Positions 53,316 to 64,000 of a stretch of DNA of 64,000 nt are shown here, piece after piece; position 1 is the first letter of the stretch, and each line of letters opens with the position of its first letter. The notes beneath the pieces were generated by a model. The model was given only the letters and a program-made list of their open reading frames with translations, did not search any database and was not told where the DNA came from. Made by a program: the position numbers and the translations under genes. The stretch comes from an uncultured Chthonomonadaceae bacterium. GTDB lineage: Bacteria > Armatimonadota > Chthonomonadetes > Chthonomonadales > Chthonomonadaceae. The DNA lies in NCBI GenBank assembly GCA_963817895.1, contig CAWFQB010000001.1, forward strand, positions 128,001 to 192,000, written 5' to 3'.

Positions 53316-54387
53316 ATGTCACGACGAGGAGATGACGAGGAGCGTTTCATGTCGCCGGGAGAACAGCCGGACGATTCGGGTGAATTGTCCTTGCGCCCGA
53401 AACGCCTGCGCGAAATGATCGGGCAGCCCAAAGCCAAGCAGAATTTAGGCATCGCCATTGAAGCCGCCAAATCGCGCGGGGAAGCGTTGGATCACGTACT
53501 CTTGTATGGCCCGCCCGGATTGGGCAAAACCACGCTCGCTAACATTATTGCCAATGAAATGGAAGTGCCGATTCGGATTACGTCCGGCCCCGCGCTGGAA
53601 AAACCGGGCGACCTTGCCGCCATATCTGACCAGTCTGGAAAAGGACAGCGTGTTTTTCATTGACGAAATCCATCGCCTGAATCGCTCCGTCGAGGAGGTT
53701 TTGTACTCGGCAATGGAGGACTTCCGGCTGGATATTATCATCGGCAAAGGTCCCGCCGCCCGAACGCTGCCTCTCACCCTTCCGCATTTTACGCTTGTCG
53801 GCGCGACCACGCGGGCGGGCATGATTTCGTCGCCCATGCGTGACCGATTCGGCATCCATCACCAGTTCGAGTTGTACAACACGGACGAACTGGATACCAT
53901 TGTCAAGCGCAGCGCGGTGATTCTGGGCGTACAGATCGAGCCGGAGGGTTCGTGGGAGATCGCGCTCCGCTCACGGGGTACGCCCCGTATCGCCAACCGG
54001 ATGCTCAAGCGCGTACGCGACTACGCGCAGTTGTTCACCAACAACATTATCACCAAAGAGGCGGCTGACGCGCAGTTAAAGAATCTGGAAGTGGACGGGT
54101 TGGGACTGGACAACCTGGACAGGCGGTTTTTGCGCGCCATAATCGAAAAGTTCGAGGGCGGACCGGTCGGATTGGACACGCTGGGCGCATTACTTGGCGA
54201 GGAAAAAGACACCTTGGAAGACATGGTAGAGCCGTACCTGATGCAGTTAGGGTTTCTAAACCGCACGAACCGGGGCCGTCTCATCACCCGCGCCGCCTGC
54301 GACCACCTGTGCCTGCCCTTCTTCGTGAAACCAAACAAGAACGATGACTGGGGCAACGGCGGCGCTGGACAGCAAAGTTTGCTGTAA
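53316..54387 (+). CDS. ruvB: Holliday junction branch migration helicase RuvB; frameshift near 53622
   Basis: [58 protein letters not shown]. Confidence 0.97.
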
Positions 54388-54436
54388 GTCCGTGTCCTGT
54401 TTCCGCTCCGTTTGCGCTGAAAACGTAAACAAGAAT

Positions 54437-54478
54437 AAGAGGCCGTCGCGTAAACACGACGGCCTCTTGTTTTATTTT
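54437..54478. terminator. Bidirectional intrinsic terminator
   Basis: aagaggccgtcg-cgtaaaca-cgacggcctctt with a T-rich tail, between convergent genes. Confidence 0.75.
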
Positions 54479-54497
54479 GGCGCGCATACAAACAGGT

Positions 54498-57291
54498 TTA
54501 ACGTTGCCGCTGCTTTCCGCGCCGCTGAAGCAGGAGGGAACCGCTCACGCCCAAACCAATCAGCAGAGCGAAGGAGGAGGGTTCAGGCGTGTTGGTTATA
54601 GGGGTGAGCGCCTGCGCGGTGAAGGGCGAAGAGCCGATTTCAGTTTGCGCCAGGCCGTCCACGCCGCCGATGAGCCGAAACACGCTGGAAGCCGATGTGC
54701 CTTCCGGCAAGCCGGCATCCAACGAGATGGTGAACAGCGCGATGTCCGCCGAGGAAGCGTTGGCAAGCAGCGATGTTGGCGCATTCAGGAAGAAGGGCGT
54801 GTCGTCAAAGGTAAACCCGGAGGGCAGTGAATCATTCGCCGTGCCGTTGAGAAACACCTCCGCGCCGGTCGTGTTCTGGAGAACGCCGCTAAATGTCAGA
54901 ACCGTGCCGGGCGGCCCCGTCAGCGTAGACGCGATGGCGTACCGAGAGTGGCGGACAGGATGGGCGAACCGTTGTTGCGATTGTACACGGCGTAGCTTGT
55001 CAGGGCGGAACCCGCGCTCGGATTTTTTATCATCAATGCGCCCAATCCCGCTCCGGCAAGGTCGCTCGTAAGCAGTGTCACCTTTATTTGCGACGGCGAC
55101 ACGAACGTTACGGTTCGGGCCGCGCCATTCCACGTCGCCTGCGTGGTCAGGTCGAAGCCGCTGCCGTTGACAACGAGATCGAAGCCGCCTGAGCCGACAA
55201 GCGTGGACGTTGGATTGAGACTGCTGATGGTGGGCGACACGCTGCTGACCGTAACCATGACGTTGGCGTTGCCCATGTTGCCCTGCGTATCCTGCGCCAC
55301 GTAGGAGAAGTAATCCACGCCGATGAAGCCGGGATTGGGCGTATAGAAGGTTTGCAGTCCATCTGTTGTCACGACGCCATGCGCGGCCTGTGTCACGGAC
55401 GCTACCGACAGCGTGGTATCTCCGACATCGTTGGTCAGCACGGGAATGTTGACCTGCGTGACGGCATGAGTGGCAGCGGTATCGTCCACATCCTTCACTT
55501 TGGCGGCGTTGACCGTCACATCGGGCGAGATTTCCGGGTTGGGCGACACATACGTCTGCACTTCCAGCACTTTGCCCGTGACGAGGGAGGTGAAGCTGAA
55601 GTTGACGTGTTTGTTTTCGCCTATCGCAATGCTGCCCGGACTGACGAGATCAGACTGACCGGGCGCGAGGACGCAGTTCACCAGGCGGTCGGTCTTGATG
55701 TGAACTTCCACGAGTTGCAGATCAATGCTGAACTCGTTGGTGATGTCAATGCCGAGATTGAAGTTCTGTCCGGCAACCACAGCATCCGGTGTCTGGAAGG
55801 CGACATTCAATTGCGGCGCGACAACCGTAATCGTGTTGGAACGCAGGGTAGACGCGAGGGGAACGCCGCTGCCGCCGAGCGCAAGGGTTCCGGTTGCGGT
55901 TCCCGTGAGTTGATACAGGCCCGCCACATCGCCGCGCACAACCCATTCCGCCTGACTGACGCTCATGGCCGGAATGGTTCCGATGGTTTTGGTGAGCGGC
56001 TGCGGCTGCCCGAACAGGGGCGGCAGGGACAGGCCGGTCGGCACAGTGAGCGTGGCATCCACGTTGTTGATGGCAAGGCTGGTGTTGTTGTTGATGAACA
56101 CAGTCGCGTCCCAGAACTGTTTGAGGACGCGAATGTCGCCTTCGATGACAATCCAGGTTTCCGCGCGAACGGCCGGGGCGCCGGTCGGGAAGTAGAACGA
56201 GTAGTAGCCGCTGAAGCCGATTTCGCCGTCATCGAAACTGCCGACAACAGTGGAACCGGGTTCAGGATGAGCGGGAATAATAACGTTGGGAACCGTTGCG
56301 TCGCCAATGCGCAGTTTCACCACGAAGTCATAAATAAAGAAGTTGCTCGGATCGTTGAGATTGATGCCGCGCGCCTGAATCTGTGCCGGGGTGAGCGGCG
56401 TGGCGGTCACGCTGCTGACTGCCAATGCCTGCCCCTGTTTCAAACTCAAGGTAACGGGGGCAAGCGCGCCATTATCCAGAATAACCGTTTGCTGATTGGG
56501 CAGATGGCCTGTCACATACGCGAAGACGGTACGCGCGCCGGGTGTAACCGTCAGCGTCACATTGCCGCCGGGGTCAGTCTGGTACAGCGTGGAAGTGTTG
56601 TCGAGCGCGACAAGGGCGTTGACAATCGGCTGATTGGTGGCATCGTCCTGCACATGCGCCACAATCTGCGTGGCGGGAACTTGATACAATTGTATCTGGA
56701 ATGGCTCGGAGAACTTTTTAGCGTTGCTGATGACATCCAGCGAAACCGGAATAACGACCGGACTGTCCGGCCCTCCTCCTGCGACATTATTGGGAATCGT
56801 CAGTCGGTAGGTAAACTGCGTCTGTTCGCCAGGTTGCAGGGGAGCGACAGGCGGCGCGGAGAGCAGCGTGACCCAGGGCGTTCCCGTAATGGCAGCCGAG
56901 GTCAGCGACTGAGGCGTGATGCCCGTGTTCTTGATGTTGACCGTAAACTCGCTGGTGTTGCCAACCCAGGTGCGCTGATCCACCACTCCAAGCAAAATGC
57001 CTGTACTTTTAATTGGCGTGGATGTAATACTGATGTTGTCAAAGTAGATATCATCGTCCGTCGAATTGCCGGGAAAGTCGTGTTGTTTGCTACAACACCG
57101 ATACCAGCCATCCTGACCGTTGACACCTGGAAAGGGATGGGTCGGCCCTGTTGCCAGACTGTCAAAGTTGGTTTGATAGAGGGTTTCTGCGTATGTTGGT
57201 TGGGGAACTGCCAGTAAATTCAGGCAGAGCAGAGAAGTAAAAGGAGGCGGACAGGCACTCCCAACCGATGAAAACCTTTGAAAGTGTCCAT
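54498..57291 (-). CDS. Secreted Ig-like/cadherin-like/IPT mosaic protein ending in PEP-CTERM; frame breaks near 57235 and 54940
   Basis: ATG 57291 after AAGGGAG, signal peptide ending PTYA, then in frame with ORF 54920..56995 (VLTND, YTPNPGFIGVDYFSY, PTISSLNP); the last piece ends TPEPSSFALLIGLGVSGSLLLQRRGKQRQR. Confidence 0.65.
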
Positions 57292-57435
57292 GTGGGTTCT
57301 CCCTTATCGCAAAACGTCAGCAAATGTGAAGCCACTTGACGGCGCAATTGGTAGCGATATGTGTAATGCTGATGATGGCGTAGAAACAGCTTTGCTTCGA
57401 AAACGGCGGTTCCTGTCCGCAGGGATGGTAGCGCC

Positions 57436-57786
57436 CTATTTTTCGAGGATGACTACGTAACCGGTAAAGATGCCATTGCCTGAGCCGGATGTCGAAGGAA
57501 CAACGGAGTGAAGTTTCCAGCCCTGCGCAGGAAAACCATGTAGGGCAATTGCCATATCGTTTGCGCCTAATATGACGCTTCCCGCCCCGTTAGGAACTAA
57601 TTCCCCCTTTTCCGTTTGGGCAACGACAGCGTAGCTTTTGTAGGAGGCTGCCGCCGGTGTCCCTGCTTTGTGTTTCGATTGCGCGAAGGCAGGTAATGCG
57701 GCAAATACTGGGCTAACAAGATGCCCCCATATTCCCACCACCAATAGTGTCAGCATGATCTTCATGTAGCGATCCGCGCGTTGCAT
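57436..57786 (-). CDS. Small secreted or anchored hypothetical protein
   Basis: AAAGGAG RBS; DRYMKIMLTLLVVGIW leader; QGWKLHSVV...VVILEK (DUF4177-like). Confidence 0.65.
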   Translation of the reverse strand: MQRADRYMKIMLTLLVVGIWGHLVSPVFAALPAFAQSKHKAGTPAAASYKSYAVVAQTEKGELVPNGAGSVILGANDMAIALHGFPAQGWKLHSVVPSTSGSGNGIFTGYVVILEK

Positions 57787-57860
57787 TCCATGTCTCCTTT
57801 GTGCCTTATTTGCGTAGGATGGTTTTGCTGCTCAAGAGCCTTTCAACAAAATAGCCGTTC

Positions 57861-57938
57861 CAGTCCGCGCAGGCGGACTTTGTTACCGGGCGTCCACCCG
57901 CAGGGAAGGACACAACCGCGAGTTTCAACTCACGGTTT
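57861..57938. repeat. REP-like unit related to 27460-27591, with a central insert
   Basis: cagtccgcgcaggcggactttgtta ... cacaaccgcgagtttcaactcacgg. Confidence 0.65.
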
Positions 57939-58109
57939 GAAGCACAGCCGTGAGAATAGTATAGAAACCTACCGTTACACAATCGCGCTAACATTGAGCA
58001 GAGAAATTAACGAGTCGGCAATTTTTGCAGGATTTTTGTGGCGGCTTGCCTAATTGGTGTTGTACGGCGGCTTGCTTATTGTTGCAAGGCTTTGTTATGG
58101 AGAGAACGG

Positions 58110-60782
58110 ATGATGGCGGCACAGTGGCGGATCGAGATGTTGGGGAACCTGCGCGCGAGTGACGGGACGCGGATGCTGCATCAGTTTCGCACGGGTAAAA
58201 CCGGCCTGCTGCTGGCTTATCTTGCCCATTCCAAACGGGCGCAAAATCGAGATGCGCTTGCCGCCCTGTTCTGGCCCGACGCCGACCCGCAAAAGGGACG
58301 TCTCAGCCTGCGCAGCAGTCTGGCGGCGTTGAAGCGTGAGATGGAGGGCGCGGCGATCCAAAACGCGCAGGCCGAGGCTTCGGAATCTAATAGTTCGACA
58401 GACGATTCCGATGCGTTGCTGTTTCTTGCCGACCGCGTTTGCCTGCAACTCAATCCGGTTCGCTATATGACTGATGTGCAGGAATTCGAGGCCGCCCTGC
58501 GCGAGGCCAGGCGCGCCTCCTCTAATGAGGATAAAATAGAAAAGTTGTATGCCGCGCGCGAGTTGTATCGGGGCGCGTTCCTGCCGGGGTATGCGATGCC
58601 GATTTGCGAAGACGAGGAGATGGAATCCGGCGAAATGGACTGGATTGCGGTAGAGCGCAGGCGTGTGGAAGTGGCCTTCGGGGACGCGCTGGAAACACTG
58701 GCGGACTTGCTGGAAAAGCAGGGGAATGGGCGCGACGCGCTGGAAATCACGCTGAATGCCCTTGCCCACGACGCTTACGACGAACGGCAGCAGCAGCGGC
58801 TTTTACGGGCCATGACGCGGGACGGACAAAAACGGTTTCCCGCCGCGCAAGCCGCCAGACTGAAAGCCGCGCTTGCATCCACAGAACCGCTTCCCCCGGA
58901 ATTGCTTGCCAGCCTGACGCGGCATCTGCGCGCGGTTCACCATTCGGGACACAAAGCCACGCGGGATGAAACGCAGCTTTTCACTGCCGCGCTGGAAACC
59001 GCGTATCTAACGCTGACACCCGACGCGCAGCGATTTTACGCCCGCCTCTCCGTTTTTACCGGCAGCTTCACGGCAGAACAGGCGCAGGCCATTGGCGACG
59101 AGCCGGCAGCCGTTTCCCTGCTTCAACAGATGGCCGGTCAGTTGGTAGGTGTCGAACCCGACAGCCGCTATAGCCTGTCAGAACCGGCGCGCGAATTCGC
59201 GCGCCGCCGATTACGCGCCGATGCCCGCGGTCCTCTCGCGAAACGCCATGCCCGGTACTTTCTGGCGCAATGCGAGGCAGCAAACCGCCGATTGGAATCC
59301 GCGCGAAACCCGCCCGAAGCGGACGCATTGCGGCACGACAAAATCAATACGCTTGCCGCGCTGACATGGACGCTGACGGAAACGAATGACAAAGCCGCGA
59401 ACGATCTGGAAACCGGGCTGCAAATGCTGTACGCCCTGACCCACTTTTGGGCAGTGTGGGAATCTCCGGCAATCTGGCGGCAATGGCTAAACAGCGCGCT
59501 GCATTATGCCCCGCGCCTGAATGTGGAACAACGCTGTCGCCTGCTGTTTTATGCGGGCGAAATGGCGTTTTTCCATGCCGACCATGCCGTTGCCTTTGCC
59601 CGGTTTATGGAATGGTCAACGCTTGCGCGGGAAACATCGAGCGGCATCAGCGAACAAAGCAGCGCTGCTGCGGGTATGCTGAACCGCCTTGGGAATGTGG
59701 CGCACCAACAGGAACGCGGCGCGGACGCCATCGCCGCCCATAAAGCGTGTCTGCATCTCTACCGGGTCAACGGCTTCACCGGCGGACAGGCTACGGTTTG
59801 CGCCGATTATGCGGACGCGCTTTTGGTTCAGGGACAAACGCAAAAAGCAAAGGCGTTGTATGACGAAGCGCTGGATTTATGTCGGCAGCACAGACTACTG
59901 GCGGAAATGGCTTCCGTGCTGCATCGCGCTGCGCAGGAACGCAAGCAGGCCGGGGATTATCCGACCGCGCGCCGCTATTTGAACGAGGGATTTCTAATCC
60001 AACAGGAAATACATGCGGATGTCAATCGAACTCACATCCTTGCCGATCATCTGCGCGGGATGGGCATTTTGCACAGCGATCAGGGCAACTACGCCGAAGC
60101 CCTGGCCCTCCTGACCCAAAGCGTGGAAACCTATCGCTGTCTGAAACATGATACCAGCCGAACGGCGGCGCAGGGTAGTTTGGGAGACGCGTATCTGCGC
60201 CTGGGCCAGATCCAACGCGCTTTGCCGTACTATGAAGAGGGATTGGCTGTTTGGCGCGAACAGAATCACCGTCGCTGGCAGGCCGTTTTCCTCTGCCGCC
60301 TGGCTCTTGCCGCCTACTACCAGGCAAGGAATGAAGACGCCAACAGATATTGTGAGGAGGCCATTGAACTCTGTCCCGATTCGCACGGCCCGCCTACCTT
60401 TGCTTCTGCCCTCCATTTGCAGGCGCGATTGCTGCTGCGATCCGGCAAGGTGGCGCAGGCGGAAGCCCTGTGTCAGCGCAGTCTGGCCGTTCGGCAACGC
60501 TGCGGATACCGGCGGCAGGTCGCGGAGAGTCTGGAACTGCTGGCAGTCCTGGCGGTTTGCCAGCAAGAATTCCAACGCAGCGCTCAAATGCTCGGCTGCG
60601 CTGATGCTTTGCGCGCTGCCATGCAGGCTCCTATTCCCCCTGTAGACCATGTCGAACACGAACAAACGATTCAGGCGGCGCGTTCGGCGTTGAGGCCGCC
60701 AGAGTGGGAAACGGCTATGCGCGAAGGCCGCAGCGTAAGCGAAAGCAGTGACATTCTCCTTGTGTTCGGACGCCTTTCGTAG
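58110..60782 (+). CDS. SARP/AfsR-type regulator: wHTH + BTAD + TPR, without a recognisable NTPase core
   Basis: WRIEMLG, LLLAYLA, RDALAALFWPD, TDVQEFE, LYRGAFLPG, RLSVFTGSF, many TPRs. Confidence 0.88.
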   Translation: MMAAQWRIEMLGNLRASDGTRMLHQFRTGKTGLLLAYLAHSKRAQNRDALAALFWPDADPQKGRLSLRSSLAALKREMEGAAIQNAQAEASESNSSTDDSDALLFLADRVCLQLNPVRYMTDVQEFEAALREARRASSNEDKIEKLYAARELYRGAFLPGYAMPICEDEEMESGEMDWIAVERRRVEVAFGDALETLADLLEKQGNGRDALEITLNALAHDAYDERQQQRLLRAMTRDGQKRFPAAQAARLKAALASTEPLPPELLASLTRHLRAVHHSGHKATRDETQLFTAALETAYLTLTPDAQRFYARLSVFTGSFTAEQAQAIGDEPAAVSLLQQMAGQLVGVEPDSRYSLSEPAREFARRRLRADARGPLAKRHARYFLAQCEAANRRLESARNPPEADALRHDKINTLAALTWTLTETNDKAANDLETGLQMLYALTHFWAVWESPAIWRQWLNSALHYAPRLNVEQRCRLLFYAGEMAFFHADHAVAFARFMEWSTLARETSSGISEQSSAAAGMLNRLGNVAHQQERGADAIAAHKACLHLYRVNGFTGGQATVCADYADALLVQGQTQKAKALYDEALDLCRQHRLLAEMASVLHRAAQERKQAGDYPTARRYLNEGFLIQQEIHADVNRTHILADHLRGMGILHSDQGNYAEALALLTQSVETYRCLKHDTSRTAAQGSLGDAYLRLGQIQRALPYYEEGLAVWREQNHRRWQAVFLCRLALAAYYQARNEDANRYCEEAIELCPDSHGPPTFASALHLQARLLLRSGKVAQAEALCQRSLAVRQRCGYRRQVAESLELLAVLAVCQQEFQRSAQMLGCADALRAAMQAPIPPVDHVEHEQTIQAARSALRPPEWETAMREGRSVSESSDILLVFGRLS

Positions 60783-60798
60783 TGGCTTCCTCAACCCG

Positions 60799-60807
60799 TG
60801 CTATAAT
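60799..60807 (+). promoter_or_regulatory. Extended -10 promoter (TGnTATAAT)
   Basis: gTGcTATAATaaggcAGGAGG upstream of the antitoxin. Confidence 0.6.
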
Positions 60808-60828
60808 AAGGCAGGAGGAATCCCAGCC

Positions 60829-61155
60829 ATGCAATCTGCCCTGAAACTGAAAACCACCATTCTGCCCGGTCATCGCATTGAAGTCACTTCGCCCGGACTG
60901 CCGGAAACCGGAGAAGTGGAACTCATCATCGTTCTGCCGGAACCTGCTGCGCCAACGCTTGAAGAGCCGCGCAAGTTTAAAAGCGTAATGGAATTTCTAA
61001 ATTCTCTGACGTCGGTACAGCGCACTCCTGAAGAGTGGGCGGAAGTGGAACGCCAGATACAAGAGGAAAAAATTCGTGGGATTGCTGAAAACGCCGGACG
61101 CTATTCATGCGGCGACGGCAATAAAGGCCGGGTGCGCGTTGTTTGTCACCAATGA
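60829..61155 (+). CDS. Putative type II antitoxin with read-through C-terminus
   Basis: MQSALKLKTTILPGHRIEV...VELIIVLP resembles 25171..25377; a shift in the A-run at about 61067-61072 would give the ending QEEKNSWD. Confidence 0.7.
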   Translation: MQSALKLKTTILPGHRIEVTSPGLPETGEVELIIVLPEPAAPTLEEPRKFKSVMEFLNSLTSVQRTPEEWAEVERQIQEEKIRGIAENAGRYSCGDGNKGRVRVVCHQ

Positions 61156-61222
61156 TCTGGGATTTAAGCGCGTACCCGGCCTGCGGCTTGCGATTTTAGA
61201 TGAGGTTCTGGCTGCGCCCTGA
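61085..61222 (+). pseudogene. C-terminal remnant of a VapC/PIN toxin
   Basis: Frame absent from the ORF track reads LKTPDAIHAATAIKAGCALFVTNDLGFKRVPGLRLAILDEVLAAP*; no start codon or N-terminal PIN acidic residues. Confidence 0.8.
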
Positions 61223-61232
61223 ACATGGAGTA

Positions 61233-62239
61233 TCAGGCGGCAAGGTCGAAATTGCGCGCGTACAGGTCGGCGATTTGCGCCAGTTCATCCGAGGTGAGCG
61301 GGGGCGTGTCGGACGCGGCGGCGAGTTCTTCCAAAAGCGGCTCGTCGTAGATGTTGGGCAGGGCGGACGCGAGGGCGGGCTGCGCCAGCAGGAACTGAAT
61401 CGCCACCTGTCCCAATGTGCGGCCCGTGCCTTCCGTCAGAAAACGCAACTGCGCGATTTTCTTCACGCCGTCCAGTTGCCATTTCTTTTTGGCCTCATCC
61501 GTCGTGACGCGGAAGCGGCGGTGGTCGTTGGGCGCGAACTCCGTATCGTTATCCACGCGTCCCAGCAGCAGGTCGGAGGAGTGGGGGACGCGCACAATAA
61601 TGCCCGTGCCGTGCTGCGCGGCAAACGGGACACAGCGGCTCGCCCAGCACCTGTTCCAGCAGATTGTAAATGATCTGGATCGTGGCATGGCGCTTTTCAA
61701 TGGCGTACAGCCCCTCGTCTATCTGACGGTCGGGCAGCAGGGCCGGGCCGAGCGCGGCTCCATACGCGCGGATTTTACCCTCCGCTTTCAGTTCTTCCAG
61801 CGTGGCGAACGTATCGTCGCGCGCCAGCGCGTCCACGCGGGGATTGTGCAGTTGGTACAGATCAATGCGATCCGTTTTCAGGCGGCGCAGACTTGCCTCG
61901 CAGGCTTTGCGAATATACGCGGGCGACCAGTCGTGCGGGCGCTCGCGCTGCCCCGGCTGCAAGCCCGGACGTGGTATAAAAATCATAGCCGAATTTCGTG
62001 GCGATGACGATCTCGTCCCGGCGATTGCCCAGTGCGTCCGCCAGCAGGGTTTCGCCCTTGCCATCGCCGTACACATCGGCGGTATCATAAAACGTCACGC
62101 CCAGATCAAAGGCGCGGCGCAGCAGATGCAGCCCCACCGCATCGTCTTCAATGCCCCACATCGTTGTGGAAACCGTCCACACGCCGAAACCAACGGCGGA
62201 AACGGTCAAGCCCGTATCACCCAGAGCGCGATATTGCAT
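61233..62239 (-). CDS. Aldo/keto reductase; two frameshifts
   Basis: [52 protein letters not shown]. Confidence 0.92.
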
Positions 62240-62506
62240 GGCAGTGCCTCCTGAACCCTTTTCCTGTTTTGCCCGACAAAAAGATGGTAGCGTACCCGCG
62301 CGCCGCCTGTCAAGCGGAATTGTGTTTTGCGCCTGCTTTGAGTGCGCGGACACAACAAGCGGCCACAACCTGTACCGGAAGAGGACCCAACAAGTTGTGT
62401 CACTGCGAACGCTTATTTGAATGGTACTGGTGTTAGAGTCATAATCCGTTCCGGTGTTACGGGTTTGGAAGCAAACGGCGATTGCTCGCTTGCGCGTTCG
62501 CAGGCG

Positions 62507-62535
62507 TTGACTTCTTTTGCGAACTATGATACACT
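62507..62535 (+). promoter_or_regulatory. Sigma70 promoter TTGACT-N17-TACACT with extended TG
   Basis: Near-consensus boxes about 65 nt upstream of ATG 62601. Confidence 0.65.
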
Positions 62536-62600
62536 GTGCCAATCATGCCACTCCACTCTTGCCGGTTGTGAGCCGATTCTGTTAAGGAAGGGGTTCTTCT

Positions 62601-64000
62601 ATGATAAGCCGCAATGCCGTTCGACTGGCCGCCAGCGCCCTCGCGCTCGGCAGTCTGACTTCCCTGAGCGGGCGCGCCCATGCGCAGGGCGCTCCATTCA
62701 CCATTCGCCGTCCGCCGGATGGCGCGACCGTGCGCGAAAAAGTGCGCGTTGAAATTCCCGCAGGCCAGCATCGGCGAAAAAAGTTTTGTCGTCGTGTATC
62801 TGGACGGCAAATTCGATGCCGCCCTGGACCCGCAAGCGCCTGCAGGATGCTGCCGTCAGCGGAAGCACGACGCAGAGACGAAGAAGCCGGAAAGCCGCTT
62901 TTTCACCTTTATCTGGGATACCAAAGCGGAAGGCGTTTCCGACGGGCAGCACTCCGTGCGCGTTGTGCTGTTCGATCCCGGTCGAGGGGGCCGCGCGAAT
63001 CTGGGCGTAACGCAGCGCGCCACCAGCGAAGTGAAGCTCACCGTCGCCAACAAAATCAAGGATGGTCCCTCCAGCCTGCGCCTGCGCTACAAATATCCCG
63101 AAGGCAAAAACATCGAATACGAGCGGACGAGCAAGACGGTGCGCGCCGATGCCGGTTCGCTGACCAAGGTGAGCGCGGATCAGGAACTGACGTCCATCAA
63201 CAGCAAACTGCTGCTCGGCATCCTCAGCAACGATCCGCGACCGGGCTGTCTCTGGTGCGCAACAAACTGACCAAACTGGCCGTGTTGAGCGGCGGGCAGG
63301 AAGCGGAGCTATCCCGACAAAGATTTGTCCACAGTCCATGTATCAGGAACTGGACGCGCAGGGCCGGGTCAATTACGAGACGGGCGTGCTGACGGGGATT
63401 GAATTTGCCGGCCTGCCCGTAGACGCCACCATCGAACTGCCGGTGATGCCCACGGCGGCGGTTTCCGTCGGCCAGACGTGGACTTCGCCCGACCAGCGCA
63501 TTGACGTTCCCGGCCTGCCGCCGGTTTTGCAGCCGCACGTGAAATTTCAGAACACGCTGGTGGACCTGGAATGGGAAGGCAACTATCGCACGGCCAAAAT
63601 TCATCAGCATGCCGACGATGTGAAACTGCCGGCCACAATCACCGTCGAGGGCCTTCCCATCATGTCGCCGACGTGTACCTACGACCGCGACATTTACATC
63701 GCGTACACATCCGGCACACTGGTTCGCATGACGCGCACACTGACCATCAAAGGGCGCACCAACGTGGCAGCTTCTGAAGGCGGCATGCCCGGTGGCGGCG
63801 TTGGCGGCGGCTGTTCAGCGGCGGACTGCTCGGCGGCGGCGGCAATCGCCCGCCCGGCGTATCCCGGCAGTTTCGGCGGTGGAGCGCCTCCCGGTATGTT
63901 CGGCAACTGCGGCGGCTTCCCCGGTTCGGGCGGATCCCGGTTCGCGGCGGTGGCCCGGTTCGGGCGGTTTTCCGCGGCTCCGGTGGCGGCAGACGGGGGC
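62601..64000 (+). CDS. Secreted hypothetical protein with Ig-like N-terminal domain and Gly-rich tail; frameshifted, 3'-partial
   Basis: Signal peptide ending RAHA; PPDGATVRE, FIWDTK...DGQHSV, VKLTVANK; continues across several frames to the window edge. Confidence 0.7.

Noticed and set aside
63770..64000. GGC-rich repeats at the window end
   Set aside because: Gly-rich low-complexity coding tail of the last gene, not a separate element.

Overview
GC-rich bacterial chromosomal window, most consistent with Armatimonadota (inference from the combination of a DUF1559-type prepilin protein, a DUF6785-like polytopic membrane protein, a PEP-CTERM tail, and AAA-WD40 and BTAD-TPR regulators). It holds about 60 CDS, including eno, ftsB, tmk, a c-di-AMP receptor (darA), rtcA, tdk and ruvB, mixed with many accessory genes. 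I recognised no rRNA, tRNA, CRISPR array, transposase or integrase. More than a dozen genes, including tmk and ruvB, carry single-base frameshifts. These are most simply long-read consensus errors, so I joined the pieces. Best candidate for an undescribed system: a two-gene unit at 42389-44187, in which a divergent sigma70/ECF-like domain fused to an Asn-containing TPR domain is translationally coupled to a 70-aa secreted pro-peptide. This is an RRNPP-like peptide-signalling architecture whose receiver may be a sigma factor. Other notable items: a single-chain tandem SPOUT methyltransferase whose two domains have lost complementary motifs, next to an HExxH protein; a Macro-SIR2 fusion; two damaged toxin-antitoxin modules; a mosaic PEP-CTERM surface protein; and a dense family of 7-9-mer inverted tandem-repeat elements that nest inside each other and sit in-frame in proteins. 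All family assignments come from motif recognition by eye, not from database searches.
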